A DNA stretch of 34,045 nucleotides. Origin: a bacterium (GTDB lineage Bacteria; Patescibacteriota; Minisyncoccia; Phycocordibacterales; CAIRYW01). The translations under genes were made by a program, and so were the position numbers. The notes below the pieces were generated by a model. That model was given only the letters and a program-made list of their open reading frames with translations. It did no database searches and was not told where the DNA came from. Below, in pieces: positions 17,886 through 27,021 of the stretch. The stretch spans positions 1 through 34,045 of the forward strand of contig JAYTUJ010000012.1 in NCBI GenBank assembly GCA_043744615.1. Reading direction: 5' to 3'. Positions within the stretch are counted from its first letter, which is position 1. Each line of letters begins with the position of its first letter.

Positions 17886-18434
17886 CTATCGATAAAAATC
17901 GTGTTCTTCGTAATAGTATGATTGTTCGATTCCTTTCATAAATACATCACGATCATCAACTTGACTGGTAAGTTCTTTGCGTAAAAGTTCTTGTATTTCA
18001 AGAGAGTTCACCGGACTTCGTTCCATAGCATTAAGATAATCTCTTTTATCTATTTTCTGCCAATCAACACATTGCTGTAGATTATTCTTTAACATTAAAT
18101 CGAGCCAAATGCGCATACTGCGGCCATTACCTTCCATAAAAGGATGTGCGACATTCATTTCTACATACTTTGTAATAATATCTTCAAATGTAGACTCAAA
18201 AAGCAAATCAATTTTTTTTAAACTCTCAATCAAATACAAGTGTGAAGCAAAGCGAAAACCACCTTTACTTATATCTTTTGTGCGAATAGTGCCGGCAAAA
18301 TCATACAAATCTTTAAAAAGGTATTCGTGTATTTGTTGTAAACCATGTGTTGTTCCCACTTCAAACGAGACAAGTTCATGAGTATCAAAAAGTTCTATGG
18401 CTCGCTTTTTACTTTGCTCATCAAGCTCTTTCAT
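17886..18434 (-). CDS. fic: Fic protein adenylyltransferase, class III NmFic-like
   Basis: [12 protein letters not shown] catalytic motif; C-terminal GIEQSYYYE inhibitory helix. Confidence 0.92.
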   Translation of the reverse strand: MKELDEQSKKRAIELFDTHELVSFEVGTTHGLQQIHEYLFKDLYDFAGTIRTKDISKGGFRFASHLYLIESLKKIDLLFESTFEDIITKYVEMNVAHPFMEGNGRSMRIWLDLMLKNNLQQCVDWQKIDKRDYLNAMERSPVNSLEIQELLRKELTSQVDDRDVFMKGIEQSYYYEEHDFYR

Positions 18435-18489
18435 TGCTTAATTATAACACAATTTTAACCGAGCGTATCACCAAGTATGTCTTGGTTTT

Positions 18490-18972
18490 TTACCCTTGTC
18501 GTGCTTTTTCAATAGCAGCAACATCGATTTTTTGCATTGTCATCATTGCATCAAAAGCTCGTTTTGCTTCGTCTCCTCCTACTAAAAAAGCTTCGGTTAA
18601 AACGCGTGGCGTAATTTGCCATGACACTCCCCACTTATCTTTGCACCATCCGCAGTCGCTTTCTTGACCATTATTTTCGATAATTGCATTCCAATATTTG
18701 TCAGTTTCTTCTTGAGTATCTGTCGCGATTTGAAAAGAAAATGCTTCGCTTTGTTTAAATATAGGCCCACCGTTAAGCCCAACACAAGCAATTCCAAACA
18801 CCGTAAATTCAACGGTTAGCACATCACCTTTCTTGCCACTTGGATAGTCACTTGGCGCTCGAAAAATATTTATTAATTTACTATCTGGAAACGTAGCTGC
18901 ATAAAAGTTCGCTGCCTCTTCTGCATCTTTTTCAAACCAGAGGCAGATGGTGTTTTTTGGTATTGTATTCAT
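18490..18972 (-). CDS. VOC family protein (PhnB/3-dmu-9_3-mt)
   Basis: CLWF, LNGGP, CGWCKDKWGVSWQI. Confidence 0.92.
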   Translation of the reverse strand: MNTIPKNTICLWFEKDAEEAANFYAATFPDSKLINIFRAPSDYPSGKKGDVLTVEFTVFGIACVGLNGGPIFKQSEAFSFQIATDTQEETDKYWNAIIENNGQESDCGWCKDKWGVSWQITPRVLTEAFLVGGDEAKRAFDAMMTMQKIDVAAIEKARQG

Positions 18973-19049
18973 GTGGTTAGTTTAATATTATTTTAGATTA
19001 AAATCTATTTCCATTAAAAATATAATTTAATGTTCTATTTATAACTGCT

Positions 19050-19496
19050 TTAAAGAAGCTCGTTTCTTAGCTTCATCCAGATCTTACCAATATAATTAAG
19101 ACCTTTCCCGTCTTCCCCATCATCCCAAAAACCGTCACCTGGTGGATATGTGACAATATGCTTAACAATATCTAATTCACCAGAATCTAAAAGTGCTTTT
19201 CTAACCTCCTCGTGTTGATCTCGTTTTAATCTCATTATTTTCTCCATAATTTCTAATTTGTATTCTTCTTTTTTAAATTCAGAGATTTGAGTATGTTTAT
19301 ATTTTGAAGAAATTTCCCAAGCTTTAACTGGACTATGAGTATTTCTTATTTCTTCAATGATGTTTTTATCCGTGTATCGTGCACACTGATACGCATGTTC
19401 AACGGTTGGATACACTACTCTGTCAATTTCTATTGCATGGGCGGTGTAGGGGGAAAAATAAATATAAAAGATTTCTAAAGGAAGTTTGTTTTGCAT
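19050..19496 (-). CDS. NADAR (YbiA-like) family protein
   Basis: YPTVEHAYQ, LLDSG, DGFW, GLNYIGKIWMKLR. Confidence 0.88.
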   Translation of the reverse strand: MQNKLPLEIFYIYFSPYTAHAIEIDRVVYPTVEHAYQCARYTDKNIIEEIRNTHSPVKAWEISSKYKHTQISEFKKEEYKLEIMEKIMRLKRDQHEEVRKALLDSGELDIVKHIVTYPPGDGFWDDGEDGKGLNYIGKIWMKLRNELL

Positions 19497-19569
19497 ACGA
19501 GAATTATACCAAACTTATGAACTGGCAACTCTTTTATTAAAAGTTTTGCAATCGTACTTTTCCCTACGT

Positions 19570-20850
19570 TTATTGAACCTCAACTCTTTTATTCTCAAAA
19601 GTATCAAAGTCTAATTCGTCTTTCATTACCTTTACGAAAGGATATTGTTTTTTAAAATCTGCCACAGAAACTCCTCTTAATTTTAAAGATTCGAATTCAA
19701 TTTCACATCCAAGATCAGTATGTCCGTTCTGTTTCATTTCAGAATAAGCTTTAAAAAATAGGTCAATATCTTTAGGAAGAATGTCTAATACAAGAGAACC
19801 ATATTCTCCTAATGTCTTCTGTATTAATTGTCTAAACTTTTCTTGATCACCCTCAATATATAATACAAATAAATCCTCTTCTATTTCTTTTGTTGATTTA
19901 CTCTCGCTTTGAGCCAAGAAAGAAATAGTTTGAGACACGGACAAGACGTACCCGTCGTATGAATGTGTTTTAAAAGTATCTTGAGGAAAAGATTCAGAGG
20001 TCATGGTCCGAGCAAAATATTCTGTAAATCCCTCGTTAAAATTATTAAGATCGTATGTGCTCTCTAAAGGGTTTTCATGATCATATACGATAGTACCAAA
20101 TCCGCTTTCATTTTTTCTTTTTGTACCCGAAGTATCTATCTTATTACGTGAGATTCCATGAAATATTTCGTGTGTTTGTAATTTTAAAACTTCCTTTCCT
20201 AAGGGCAAATCTTTATCGGAAGAAAGTGTAACATACGCACTCTTTGAGTCGTGAACATACTCCCCTGAAGAACAAGCGTGGGGATCAAACACCTCAACAT
20301 CATTTGTTCTTCTAAGCATTCTATTAACTTTTCCAGTATATACAATTGTAGGCCAACGTTCCTCTACTTGGTCTTGAACCCCCAACCTAAGAGCAAGAAG
20401 TTTAATCCGAGCCATTACCATATCTGCTTCTTTTAAAAATTCAGGGTTATCAATCCTCTGTTTAATCGCTTCATTTTCCATTGTAACCATTCCAGCAAGA
20501 ACTTCTTGAAGGGCGTCATTTTGAGTCGCTGCTAAAAGCATTTCTATCTCATCAACTGAAAAATCAGCATTTTCTAAAGTCGAAACACTAGTAAGCATAT
20601 CTTGCCCTTCAAGGATTTGACCTTGCTTTAACTTATCTATAACGCGCTGCTCTTCTGCTAAATTTTGATTTAATGAGCTTTTAATAACCAAAGAAACTTC
20701 TTTAAGGTTTGATGGGGCTTCTTCTAATTTAATAGAACGTTGTTTTAAACGCTCATAAAATTCTATATCTGTATGCTGATTTTCTGGCTGAACATTTTCA
20801 ACTGTTTCAACTTTATTCGCCACATTCTCTTGTCTTACTAATCTTTCCAT
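19570..20850 (-). CDS. Hypothetical protein with zinc-metallopeptidase motif
   Basis: THEIFH (HExxH) plus downstream NEGFTEYFA, a gluzincin-like third ligand. Confidence 0.65.
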   Translation of the reverse strand: MERLVRQENVANKVETVENVQPENQHTDIEFYERLKQRSIKLEEAPSNLKEVSLVIKSSLNQNLAEEQRVIDKLKQGQILEGQDMLTSVSTLENADFSVDEIEMLLAATQNDALQEVLAGMVTMENEAIKQRIDNPEFLKEADMVMARIKLLALRLGVQDQVEERWPTIVYTGKVNRMLRRTNDVEVFDPHACSSGEYVHDSKSAYVTLSSDKDLPLGKEVLKLQTHEIFHGISRNKIDTSGTKRKNESGFGTIVYDHENPLESTYDLNNFNEGFTEYFARTMTSESFPQDTFKTHSYDGYVLSVSQTISFLAQSESKSTKEIEEDLFVLYIEGDQEKFRQLIQKTLGEYGSLVLDILPKDIDLFFKAYSEMKQNGHTDLGCEIEFESLKLRGVSVADFKKQYPFVKVMKDELDFDTFENKRVEVQ

Positions 20851-20869
20851 ATTATTTATTATATCTTAA

Positions 20870-21055
20870 GGTTCTTGAAATTCGAACCTGTCCCATATTC
20901 TCTTCTCGCAAAGCCTCGAGGCGATTTTCTATTATTTTTGCTTCGCAACCTTGATAAAATCGGCTGACTGTCTCGAGCTAGAAGCGTGGATGGTCAAGCC
21001 CTGTAATGTTGGTTTGACCTATTCTAGTGCAGGCTGGTCGACGCGACTCGAGCAG
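20870..21055. other. GC-rich multi-stem intergenic element, candidate ncRNA or repeat element
   Basis: Several nested inverted repeats; see findings. Confidence 0.5.
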
Positions 21056-21064
21056 ATAACTTTT

Positions 21065-21859
21065 TTACAGTGTATTTTTTACATCTATTCCTGTACCTTC
21101 TGAATCTTCCACGATAGATTTGGCAATTTCTTCCAAACTACTTTGAACACCTGACCTATGAAGAGTGTCCGCTAAAATCTTTAACCTCATATACTGAGTG
21201 TTTGTCATTGAATATTTCTGTGCCAGATTTACCAAAAAGATTCCCTCTCTTCTTTTTTCTACCATCGTCTGATCTAGTAACGCCTCTGGGATTCTGTTTT
21301 GATAAGCTAATACTCCACGCTTAGCCATTCTTTCTTGTCGTTTTGATGCCTTCTCGATTATATTAAAGATATTATAGGCCCTCATTGTATCCAGAAGATT
21401 TTTATAATCTTCATCTTCAGATTCCCTGTTGTTTCTTATAGCAGAACCAATTTGAAGATCTACTGTCATGTGGAGCAGCCCTTCATTGTCTTCGATGAGA
21501 TAACCTGAAAGAGGGTCAGGTCTTTCTTCACCACCTAAAAACCGAGTGAGCTCCTTGCTCACACGATTATGGATAAAAGAATCCCTTTCTCTTTCTACAA
21601 CATTAGAATTTTCTATCCAAATGCTATCTATCTGATCATTACTCTTTCCGCCAGATCTAAAAATAATAGCGGGAACTTCCTTTTTAATTCCAATAATTCC
21701 TGCGTCTTGATACCAAATGGAAAGGTCACGAGAAGCTTCCTCACTAAGCGGTTCTACACTTGCCAGTCTTTCTGAAAATATTTTTTTGAAATCTGGAACT
21801 TCTCGTCTAGTTTCATACTCTCCGCCTTCGATAGGATTAGGGTATTTAGGTTTTTCCAT
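21065..21859 (-). CDS. Hypothetical protein
   Basis: 264-aa charged ORF with TATAAT just upstream of the ATG; no recognised motif. Confidence 0.7.
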   Translation of the reverse strand: MEKPKYPNPIEGGEYETRREVPDFKKIFSERLASVEPLSEEASRDLSIWYQDAGIIGIKKEVPAIIFRSGGKSNDQIDSIWIENSNVVERERDSFIHNRVSKELTRFLGGEERPDPLSGYLIEDNEGLLHMTVDLQIGSAIRNNRESEDEDYKNLLDTMRAYNIFNIIEKASKRQERMAKRGVLAYQNRIPEALLDQTMVEKRREGIFLVNLAQKYSMTNTQYMRLKILADTLHRSGVQSSLEEIAKSIVEDSEGTGIDVKNTL

Positions 21860-21948
21860 ATCGTTTAATTATATATCTTTTTATTGAATTTCGTAGCTAT
21901 GCAAAATTACCGAACTGTTTCACTAACACATCTCGTGTTAGCACGTGT

Positions 21949-22022
21949 TGGCTGCGAGACTTGGACTCGAACCAAGATACACGGTTCCAGAAACCGTAGT
22001 CCTACCATTAGACGATCTCGCA
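21949..22022 (-). tRNA. tRNA-Gln(CTG), CCA encoded
   Basis: TGCGAGA acceptor, anticodon arm ACGGT-TTCTGGA-ACCGT, T-arm CTTGGTTCGAGTCCAAG, 3' GCCA. Confidence 0.96.
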
Positions 22023-22206
22023 ATGTGTTTATTACCCTCGCCTTTACCCCCTTAATATACCTTTAAACTTTAAAAACTGAAAACCTAGCTAAAAAATTAT
22101 TTTATGTTACTGTTCTGTGCAGAGGCGTCTACACTAAAAACTAGATGTCTGTTATTTGTCAGTAAACTCAACAAAACCAGAAAAACCAACAAAAACAACA
22201 CTAAAC

Positions 22207-22830
22207 ATGAACACAGAACCTACACGTAAACTTCGTGCCTTGATATCAGTGACCAACAAAGATCGTCTTGATAAATTCAAAGCTCTTACTGATACCGGAA
22301 AATGGGAAATTATCTCAACCGGTGGCACTGCTAAAACTCTGGAAGATCTGGGTATTCCCTGCATTCCCATCGAACAAGTCACTGGCTTCCCTGAAATGAT
22401 GGACGGGCGTCTAAAAACACTCCACCCAAAAATCTTCGGGGGCATTCTTGCTGACAAAGAGAAAGAAAGTCACACGCTTGCTCTAGCAGAGCATGGCATG
22501 GAACTCATTGACCTTGTGGTCGTGAATCTGTATGATTTTCCTGATAATCCTGGAATTGAAAACATCGACATTGGTGGACCTTCTCTACTCCGCGCTGCTG
22601 CCAAAAATGGCAAACGTGTGACTGTGGTTGTTGATCCTCTCAACTATTCCGTAGTCATTGAAAGCTACCTGAAAACTGGATCTGTTCCGGTTCTGATGCG
22701 AGAAGCACTTGCTATCGAAGTATTCCGACATACATCCCGCTATGATGAAACCATTATGCAATGGCTGAACCACCAGAACGGAGGCAGTATATTTGGCGAT
22801 GGAAGTGAGGAACCTTCTAGCTCGATGTAA
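22207..22830 (+). CDS. purH: IMP cyclohydrolase (N-terminal half of PurH only)
   Basis: ALISVTNK, ISTGGTA, TGFPEMMDGRLKTLHPKIFGGIL, IENIDIGGPSLLRAAAKN; ends before the AICAR transformylase domain. Confidence 0.88.
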   Translation: MNTEPTRKLRALISVTNKDRLDKFKALTDTGKWEIISTGGTAKTLEDLGIPCIPIEQVTGFPEMMDGRLKTLHPKIFGGILADKEKESHTLALAEHGMELIDLVVVNLYDFPDNPGIENIDIGGPSLLRAAAKNGKRVTVVVDPLNYSVVIESYLKTGSVPVLMREALAIEVFRHTSRYDETIMQWLNHQNGGSIFGDGSEEPSSSM

Positions 22831-22881
22831 CCTCTACTCCTAAATCAAATCTTAGCTGGCTCGTTGAGTTCCCCCTAACAC

Positions 22882-22918
22882 AACTCTCGTTGCCCTGCGC
22901 AACGAGAGTTCGTTTTTT
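22882..22918 (+). terminator. Rho-independent terminator between convergent purH-N and pyrG
   Basis: AACTCTCGTTGC-CCTGC-GCAACGAGAGTT perfect 12-bp stem, then CGTTTTTT. Confidence 0.88.
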
Positions 22919-22923
22919 ATAAA

Positions 22924-24567
22924 CTATTTTTTATTCTTAAGTGCAGCTTTTATAAACGCTGTAAAAAGAGGATGTGGGGAAAGTGGTCGCGCTTTTAATT
23001 CTGGGTGAAATTGTGTTCCTAAAAAGAATGGATGTTTTGTTGCGGGTAATTCTGCAATTTCCATTAATGTTCCATTTGGAGATTTTCCTGAAAATACTAA
23101 TCCGGCTTTTTCAATTTGTTCAATATATTCTGGGTTAACTTCAAATCGATGTCGGTGTCGTTCACTAATATCAGTTGTGGTGTATGCTTTTTCTGCAATA
23201 GTTCCCTTTTTAAGAGTTGCGGGGTATGCACCGAGTCGCATTGTTGCTCCGTATTTTCCTTCGGCTAATTTCTTTTTTTGATCGGGCATAATATCGATTA
23301 CGCAATGTTTTGATTTTGGATTAATTTCTGCAGTGATTGCATCTTTTAATCCTAAAACGTTTCGAGCGTATTCGATAACCATCAATTGCATTCCGTAACA
23401 TAATCCAAAATATGGAATTTTGTTTTCTCGACAATACTTAATTGCATGAATTTTTCCTTCAATACCGCTATGACCAAAACCTCCAGGAACAATAACACCG
23501 GCATAATTTTTTAATATAGAAACTTTTTTAGGATCCTTTTCAAATTCTTTTGCATTGATCCAGGTGAGTACTGGCTTAACTCCAATATGATAGCCTGAAA
23601 ATTTAATTGCTTCGATAACTGAAAGATACGCATCAGATAATACGAAGTCTCCGGTATCAAAATATTTTCCTACCACAGCAATTTGAACTTGTTTTTTTGC
23701 AGTCTTAACTTTTGAAACAAAGCTTCGCCACTGTACTAAGCCAGTATCACTTTTCTTTTTAAGGTGAAGAGTTTTGAGAACCATTTCGCCGAGCTTGTCG
23801 TTTTCAAAATTGATTGGTACATCGTAAACGCTGTCGATGTCGGGAGCGGAAACTACGTTTCCGCTCTGTATACTACACGAAATAGCAATTTTCTCTTTTC
23901 GCTTATCATCAAGCGGTTGTTCACTTCGCGCGATAATAATATCAGGATGAACTCCGTATGAGTTTAATTGTCGTACGGCATTTTGAGTTGGCTTTGATTT
24001 CATTTCTCCAAGTTTTCCTGGAATTGGAAGATAACTTACGAGTACAAATGAAACATCTTCAGGATGATAAACTTTCAATGACCTCGCGGCTTCAATGAAC
24101 ATAATATTTTGATAGTCTCCGACGGTTCCCCCAATTTCAACAACTGAAATATCTGAATTATTTATTTGCTGTGCACGAGAAAAACGTCGAATGATTTCAT
24201 CACGAATATCGGGAATCGCTTCAACACATTTTCCACCATACCCAAGTGACCTTTCTTTGTCGATTACATGTTTATACACCATTCCACTGGTAATATAATC
24301 ATCACTTGTTAAATCAACACCTAAAAATCGCTCGTAGTTACCCATATCTTGATCAGTTTCTAAACCAGAATCAAGAACAAAAGTTTCGCCATGCTCTGTT
24401 GGATTCATGGTACCCGCATCAACGTTTAGATAAGGATCAACTTTTACAAGATTAACTTTAAAGCCTTTTGATTGTAAAATTTTTCCGATAGAAGAGACTG
24501 CAATACCTTTGCCAACACCTGACATTACTCCCCCGATTACGAATACGTATTTGTGTCTTTTAGCCAT
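22924..24567 (-). CDS. pyrG: CTP synthase
   Basis: GGVMSGVGKG, DPYLNVDAGTMNP, GLCYGMQ, HRHRFE, QFHPE. Confidence 0.98.
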   Translation of the reverse strand: MAKRHKYVFVIGGVMSGVGKGIAVSSIGKILQSKGFKVNLVKVDPYLNVDAGTMNPTEHGETFVLDSGLETDQDMGNYERFLGVDLTSDDYITSGMVYKHVIDKERSLGYGGKCVEAIPDIRDEIIRRFSRAQQINNSDISVVEIGGTVGDYQNIMFIEAARSLKVYHPEDVSFVLVSYLPIPGKLGEMKSKPTQNAVRQLNSYGVHPDIIIARSEQPLDDKRKEKIAISCSIQSGNVVSAPDIDSVYDVPINFENDKLGEMVLKTLHLKKKSDTGLVQWRSFVSKVKTAKKQVQIAVVGKYFDTGDFVLSDAYLSVIEAIKFSGYHIGVKPVLTWINAKEFEKDPKKVSILKNYAGVIVPGGFGHSGIEGKIHAIKYCRENKIPYFGLCYGMQLMVIEYARNVLGLKDAITAEINPKSKHCVIDIMPDQKKKLAEGKYGATMRLGAYPATLKKGTIAEKAYTTTDISERHRHRFEVNPEYIEQIEKAGLVFSGKSPNGTLMEIAELPATKHPFFLGTQFHPELKARPLSPHPLFTAFIKAALKNKK

Positions 24568-24576
24568 ATATTCTTA

Positions 24577-25329
24577 TCATATCGCACTGTTAAAATAAGA
24601 CAAAACTTTATCTTCCATTTCAAAAAATTCTTTAGAACGATGGTTTCTGTCTCGTGGTAAATCGTTTTTTACAATCTCAATAATTTTTCCTGGGCGTTCA
24701 GAAAACACGACAATACGATCAGAGAGTTCGACGGCCTCATCGATGTAGTGACTGACCATAATTATAGTGGTACCTTTTTTTTGCCACATAGAAAGGAGCG
24801 CGCGACGCAAGTCGCGCGCAGTAAAAAAATCAAGTTCAGAAAACGGCTCATCTAAAAAGATTATTTTTGGCTCGGTCACAAATGCCCGCGCCAAACCAAC
24901 TCGCTGTTTCATTCCACCCGATAAATCAACTGGTCTACTGTGAGCAAATGATGCTAATCCAAAATGTTCTAAAATTTCTGAAACTTTTTGTTTTCGAATA
25001 TGTTCGGCAACATTTCGCCCAATCAAACCAAGTTCAACATTTTCTGAAACCGAAAGCCACGGCAACAACCCGAAGTTTTGAAATACAAAACCAATCTCAT
25101 CTAAATTAAATTTTTGATGATACTCAATTTCACCTTTTGAAGCAGTATCAAGACCAGAAACAATTCTTAACAACGTAGATTTTCCACAACCAGATGGACC
25201 AAGCAAGACTAAAAACTCTCCTTCATGAATACACAAATTAATATCATCGAGCACATGCAAGGCGCGTTTCCCTTCTTCAGCAGGAAACTTTTTAACTACA
25301 TTTTTTATTGAAATAATTGGTGATGACAT
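24577..25329 (-). CDS. ABC transporter ATPase, NitT/TauT family
   Basis: GPSGCGKST, LSGGMKQR, FLDEPF, VSH, ERPG. Confidence 0.92.
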   Translation of the reverse strand: MSSPIISIKNVVKKFPAEEGKRALHVLDDINLCIHEGEFLVLLGPSGCGKSTLLRIVSGLDTASKGEIEYHQKFNLDEIGFVFQNFGLLPWLSVSENVELGLIGRNVAEHIRKQKVSEILEHFGLASFAHSRPVDLSGGMKQRVGLARAFVTEPKIIFLDEPFSELDFFTARDLRRALLSMWQKKGTTIIMVSHYIDEAVELSDRIVVFSERPGKIIEIVKNDLPRDRNHRSKEFFEMEDKVLSYFNSAI

Positions 25330-25355
25330 ATATTTTTTCTATTCGTATTTTTTTG

Positions 25356-26078
25356 CTATTCTTCAAGCATGCGATGACTTTTTTCAAGTAATGGCAACCA
25401 AATAAATTTATTAAGTGTAAATATCATTAACAAAAACATAAAAACTCCGAGCAATGTAATTTGATAATTATTAGAAAAACTATTAAAAAATGGCCCTAAT
25501 CCAGATTTTGTTTTTGTAATTAATTCGGTTGCAACCAATGCTTCCCAACCTTCACCAAGCCCAATAATTGCACCGGTAATAATTCCTGGAAACGTAAGTG
25601 GAAGTAAATAATATTTAATATACCTTAATCCTTTTATTCGAGTAATTAAAACAGCTTCACGCCAACTTCGTTCTGATTGTTTAAGAGCGCTGACAATTGA
25701 AAAAATAACTGGCCAAATAATCGTAAGTACCAAAAAGAAAATAATAGTTGTTGTACCGGAACCAAATATAGAAACTGCAAGCGGAAGAATCGCAAAGGTC
25801 GGCAAACTTTGTAATACATCAAATAAAGCAAGGGTTCCATTGGCTGTTTTTCCACGCACTAAACAAACGACAGCGAGCCATGCCAAAACAATCGCAATAA
25901 TAAAAGCAATTGCCAGTCGCCACGATGAAATAAGTAATTCAGTAAGGATAGTATTAACTTGAATTCCGCTTACATACGAAAAGAAAAAAAGCCCCGCAAG
26001 TGGTAAAAGAATTAAAGAAAATGACGCAACAAGATGTCTTCGCGAACGACTGAGTGGAAAGTGGTGGTAGGCTCGCAT
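25356..26078 (-). CDS. ABC transporter permease, NitT/TauT family
   Basis: About six TMs, DVLQSLP, EAA-like loop, GEGWEALVATE. Confidence 0.88.
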   Translation of the reverse strand: MRAYHHFPLSRSRRHLVASFSLILLPLAGLFFFSYVSGIQVNTILTELLISSWRLAIAFIIAIVLAWLAVVCLVRGKTANGTLALFDVLQSLPTFAILPLAVSIFGSGTTTIIFFLVLTIIWPVIFSIVSALKQSERSWREAVLITRIKGLRYIKYYLLPLTFPGIITGAIIGLGEGWEALVATELITKTKSGLGPFFNSFSNNYQITLLGVFMFLLMIFTLNKFIWLPLLEKSHRMLEE

Positions 26079-26090
26079 GATGTCTATGAC

Positions 26091-27017
26091 CTAGATTTTT
26101 AGGTATCGGCGCACTGCCATAAAACTTGAAGCGGCGCCGATAACAATTCCTGCTAAAAACATGTATAGGATTATTGTAAAAAGATGTTCAAAAAAGAATT
26201 GATGTAAATCAACACCTGTCCCCAATCGAATAGTGTATGGCCCAGCCCAATATGTTAGTGGGTATAGCATAATAAGCGAAACAAAAGCAGAAACCATTCC
26301 ATATAAAATTCCAGCAACAACAAACGGTCCTCGAATATATTTTGCACTCGCCCCTACTAATCGCATCACTGCAATTTCATCTTTTGATGTATAAATTGCC
26401 AAACGAATTGTATTAAACGTAATTAAAATTGAAACAATAATCAAAAATATTCCTGTGTATGTGCCAACTCGTTTAATAACTTCGATAATTCGGTTTAACT
26501 TTTCAATCGCAGGTCGATTGTCGTCATAATTTATTTTTGCAATAATCCCATTTGAGTTATCAGCAGAAACAACATATTTTTTTAAAAAGTTTACAACACT
26601 TTCATAATGAGTTGGGTCTTTTGCTTTTACCGAAAAACGAGCAGAAAGTGGGTTTGTATTTAATTCACCAAGAGCTTGCATCATCAAGCCATCGTTTTGA
26701 TGTTTGTCTTTAAATGACTGGAGCGCAGCTTCTTTGTTGATATATACAACTTCATCAACTTCGGGTAATCCCTTTACTGAAGTAATTAAAGTCTGAATTT
26801 TATCTTCATTTGCATCAAGGTTTAAAAAAACATTTACGTCAACTTTTGACTGAATTTGTTTTACACTTGAATTAAGAATGACCCCAAGTAAAAGGAGTGA
26901 GGAAATAGAAAACAACGTAATCACCATCACTAAAATTGATGCGAGTGAAATAAAACCGTTTCGAGTAAAATTAATTACCCCCGATCGACATATTCTTTTT
27001 ATATGAGTCAAAAGCAT
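26091..27017 (-). CDS. ftsX: Cell division protein FtsX
   Basis: FNTIRLAIY, EIAVMRLVGA, IRGPF, RRYLKI; follows ftsE. Confidence 0.94.
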   Translation of the reverse strand: MLLTHIKRICRSGVINFTRNGFISLASILVMVITLFSISSLLLLGVILNSSVKQIQSKVDVNVFLNLDANEDKIQTLITSVKGLPEVDEVVYINKEAALQSFKDKHQNDGLMMQALGELNTNPLSARFSVKAKDPTHYESVVNFLKKYVVSADNSNGIIAKINYDDNRPAIEKLNRIIEVIKRVGTYTGIFLIIVSILITFNTIRLAIYTSKDEIAVMRLVGASAKYIRGPFVVAGILYGMVSAFVSLIMLYPLTYWAGPYTIRLGTGVDLHQFFFEHLFTIILYMFLAGIVIGAASSFMAVRRYLKI

Positions 27018-27021
27018 AATA

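Noticed and set aside
19050-20850. NADAR as the antitoxin of a DarT1-type pair
   Set aside because: No neighbour shows ADP-ribosyltransferase motifs; the upstream ORF has a metallopeptidase motif instead.
20878-20895. GGTTCGAAT (minus strand) as a tRNA or attR remnant of tRNA-Gln
   Set aside because: No cloverleaf, the sequence differs from the tRNA-Gln T-arm (GGTTCGAGTCC), and there is no integrase in the window.
20990-21045. IscB/HEARO omega-RNA resemblance (GTCGACCAGCCT on the minus strand)
   Set aside because: Only a short word match, elements are in the wrong order, and no IscB/TnpB/HNH gene is adjacent.
22100-22206. ZTP (pfl) riboswitch upstream of purH-N
   Set aside because: Only a weak hairpin; the GACUGGCG and CGCCUGGG elements are absent.
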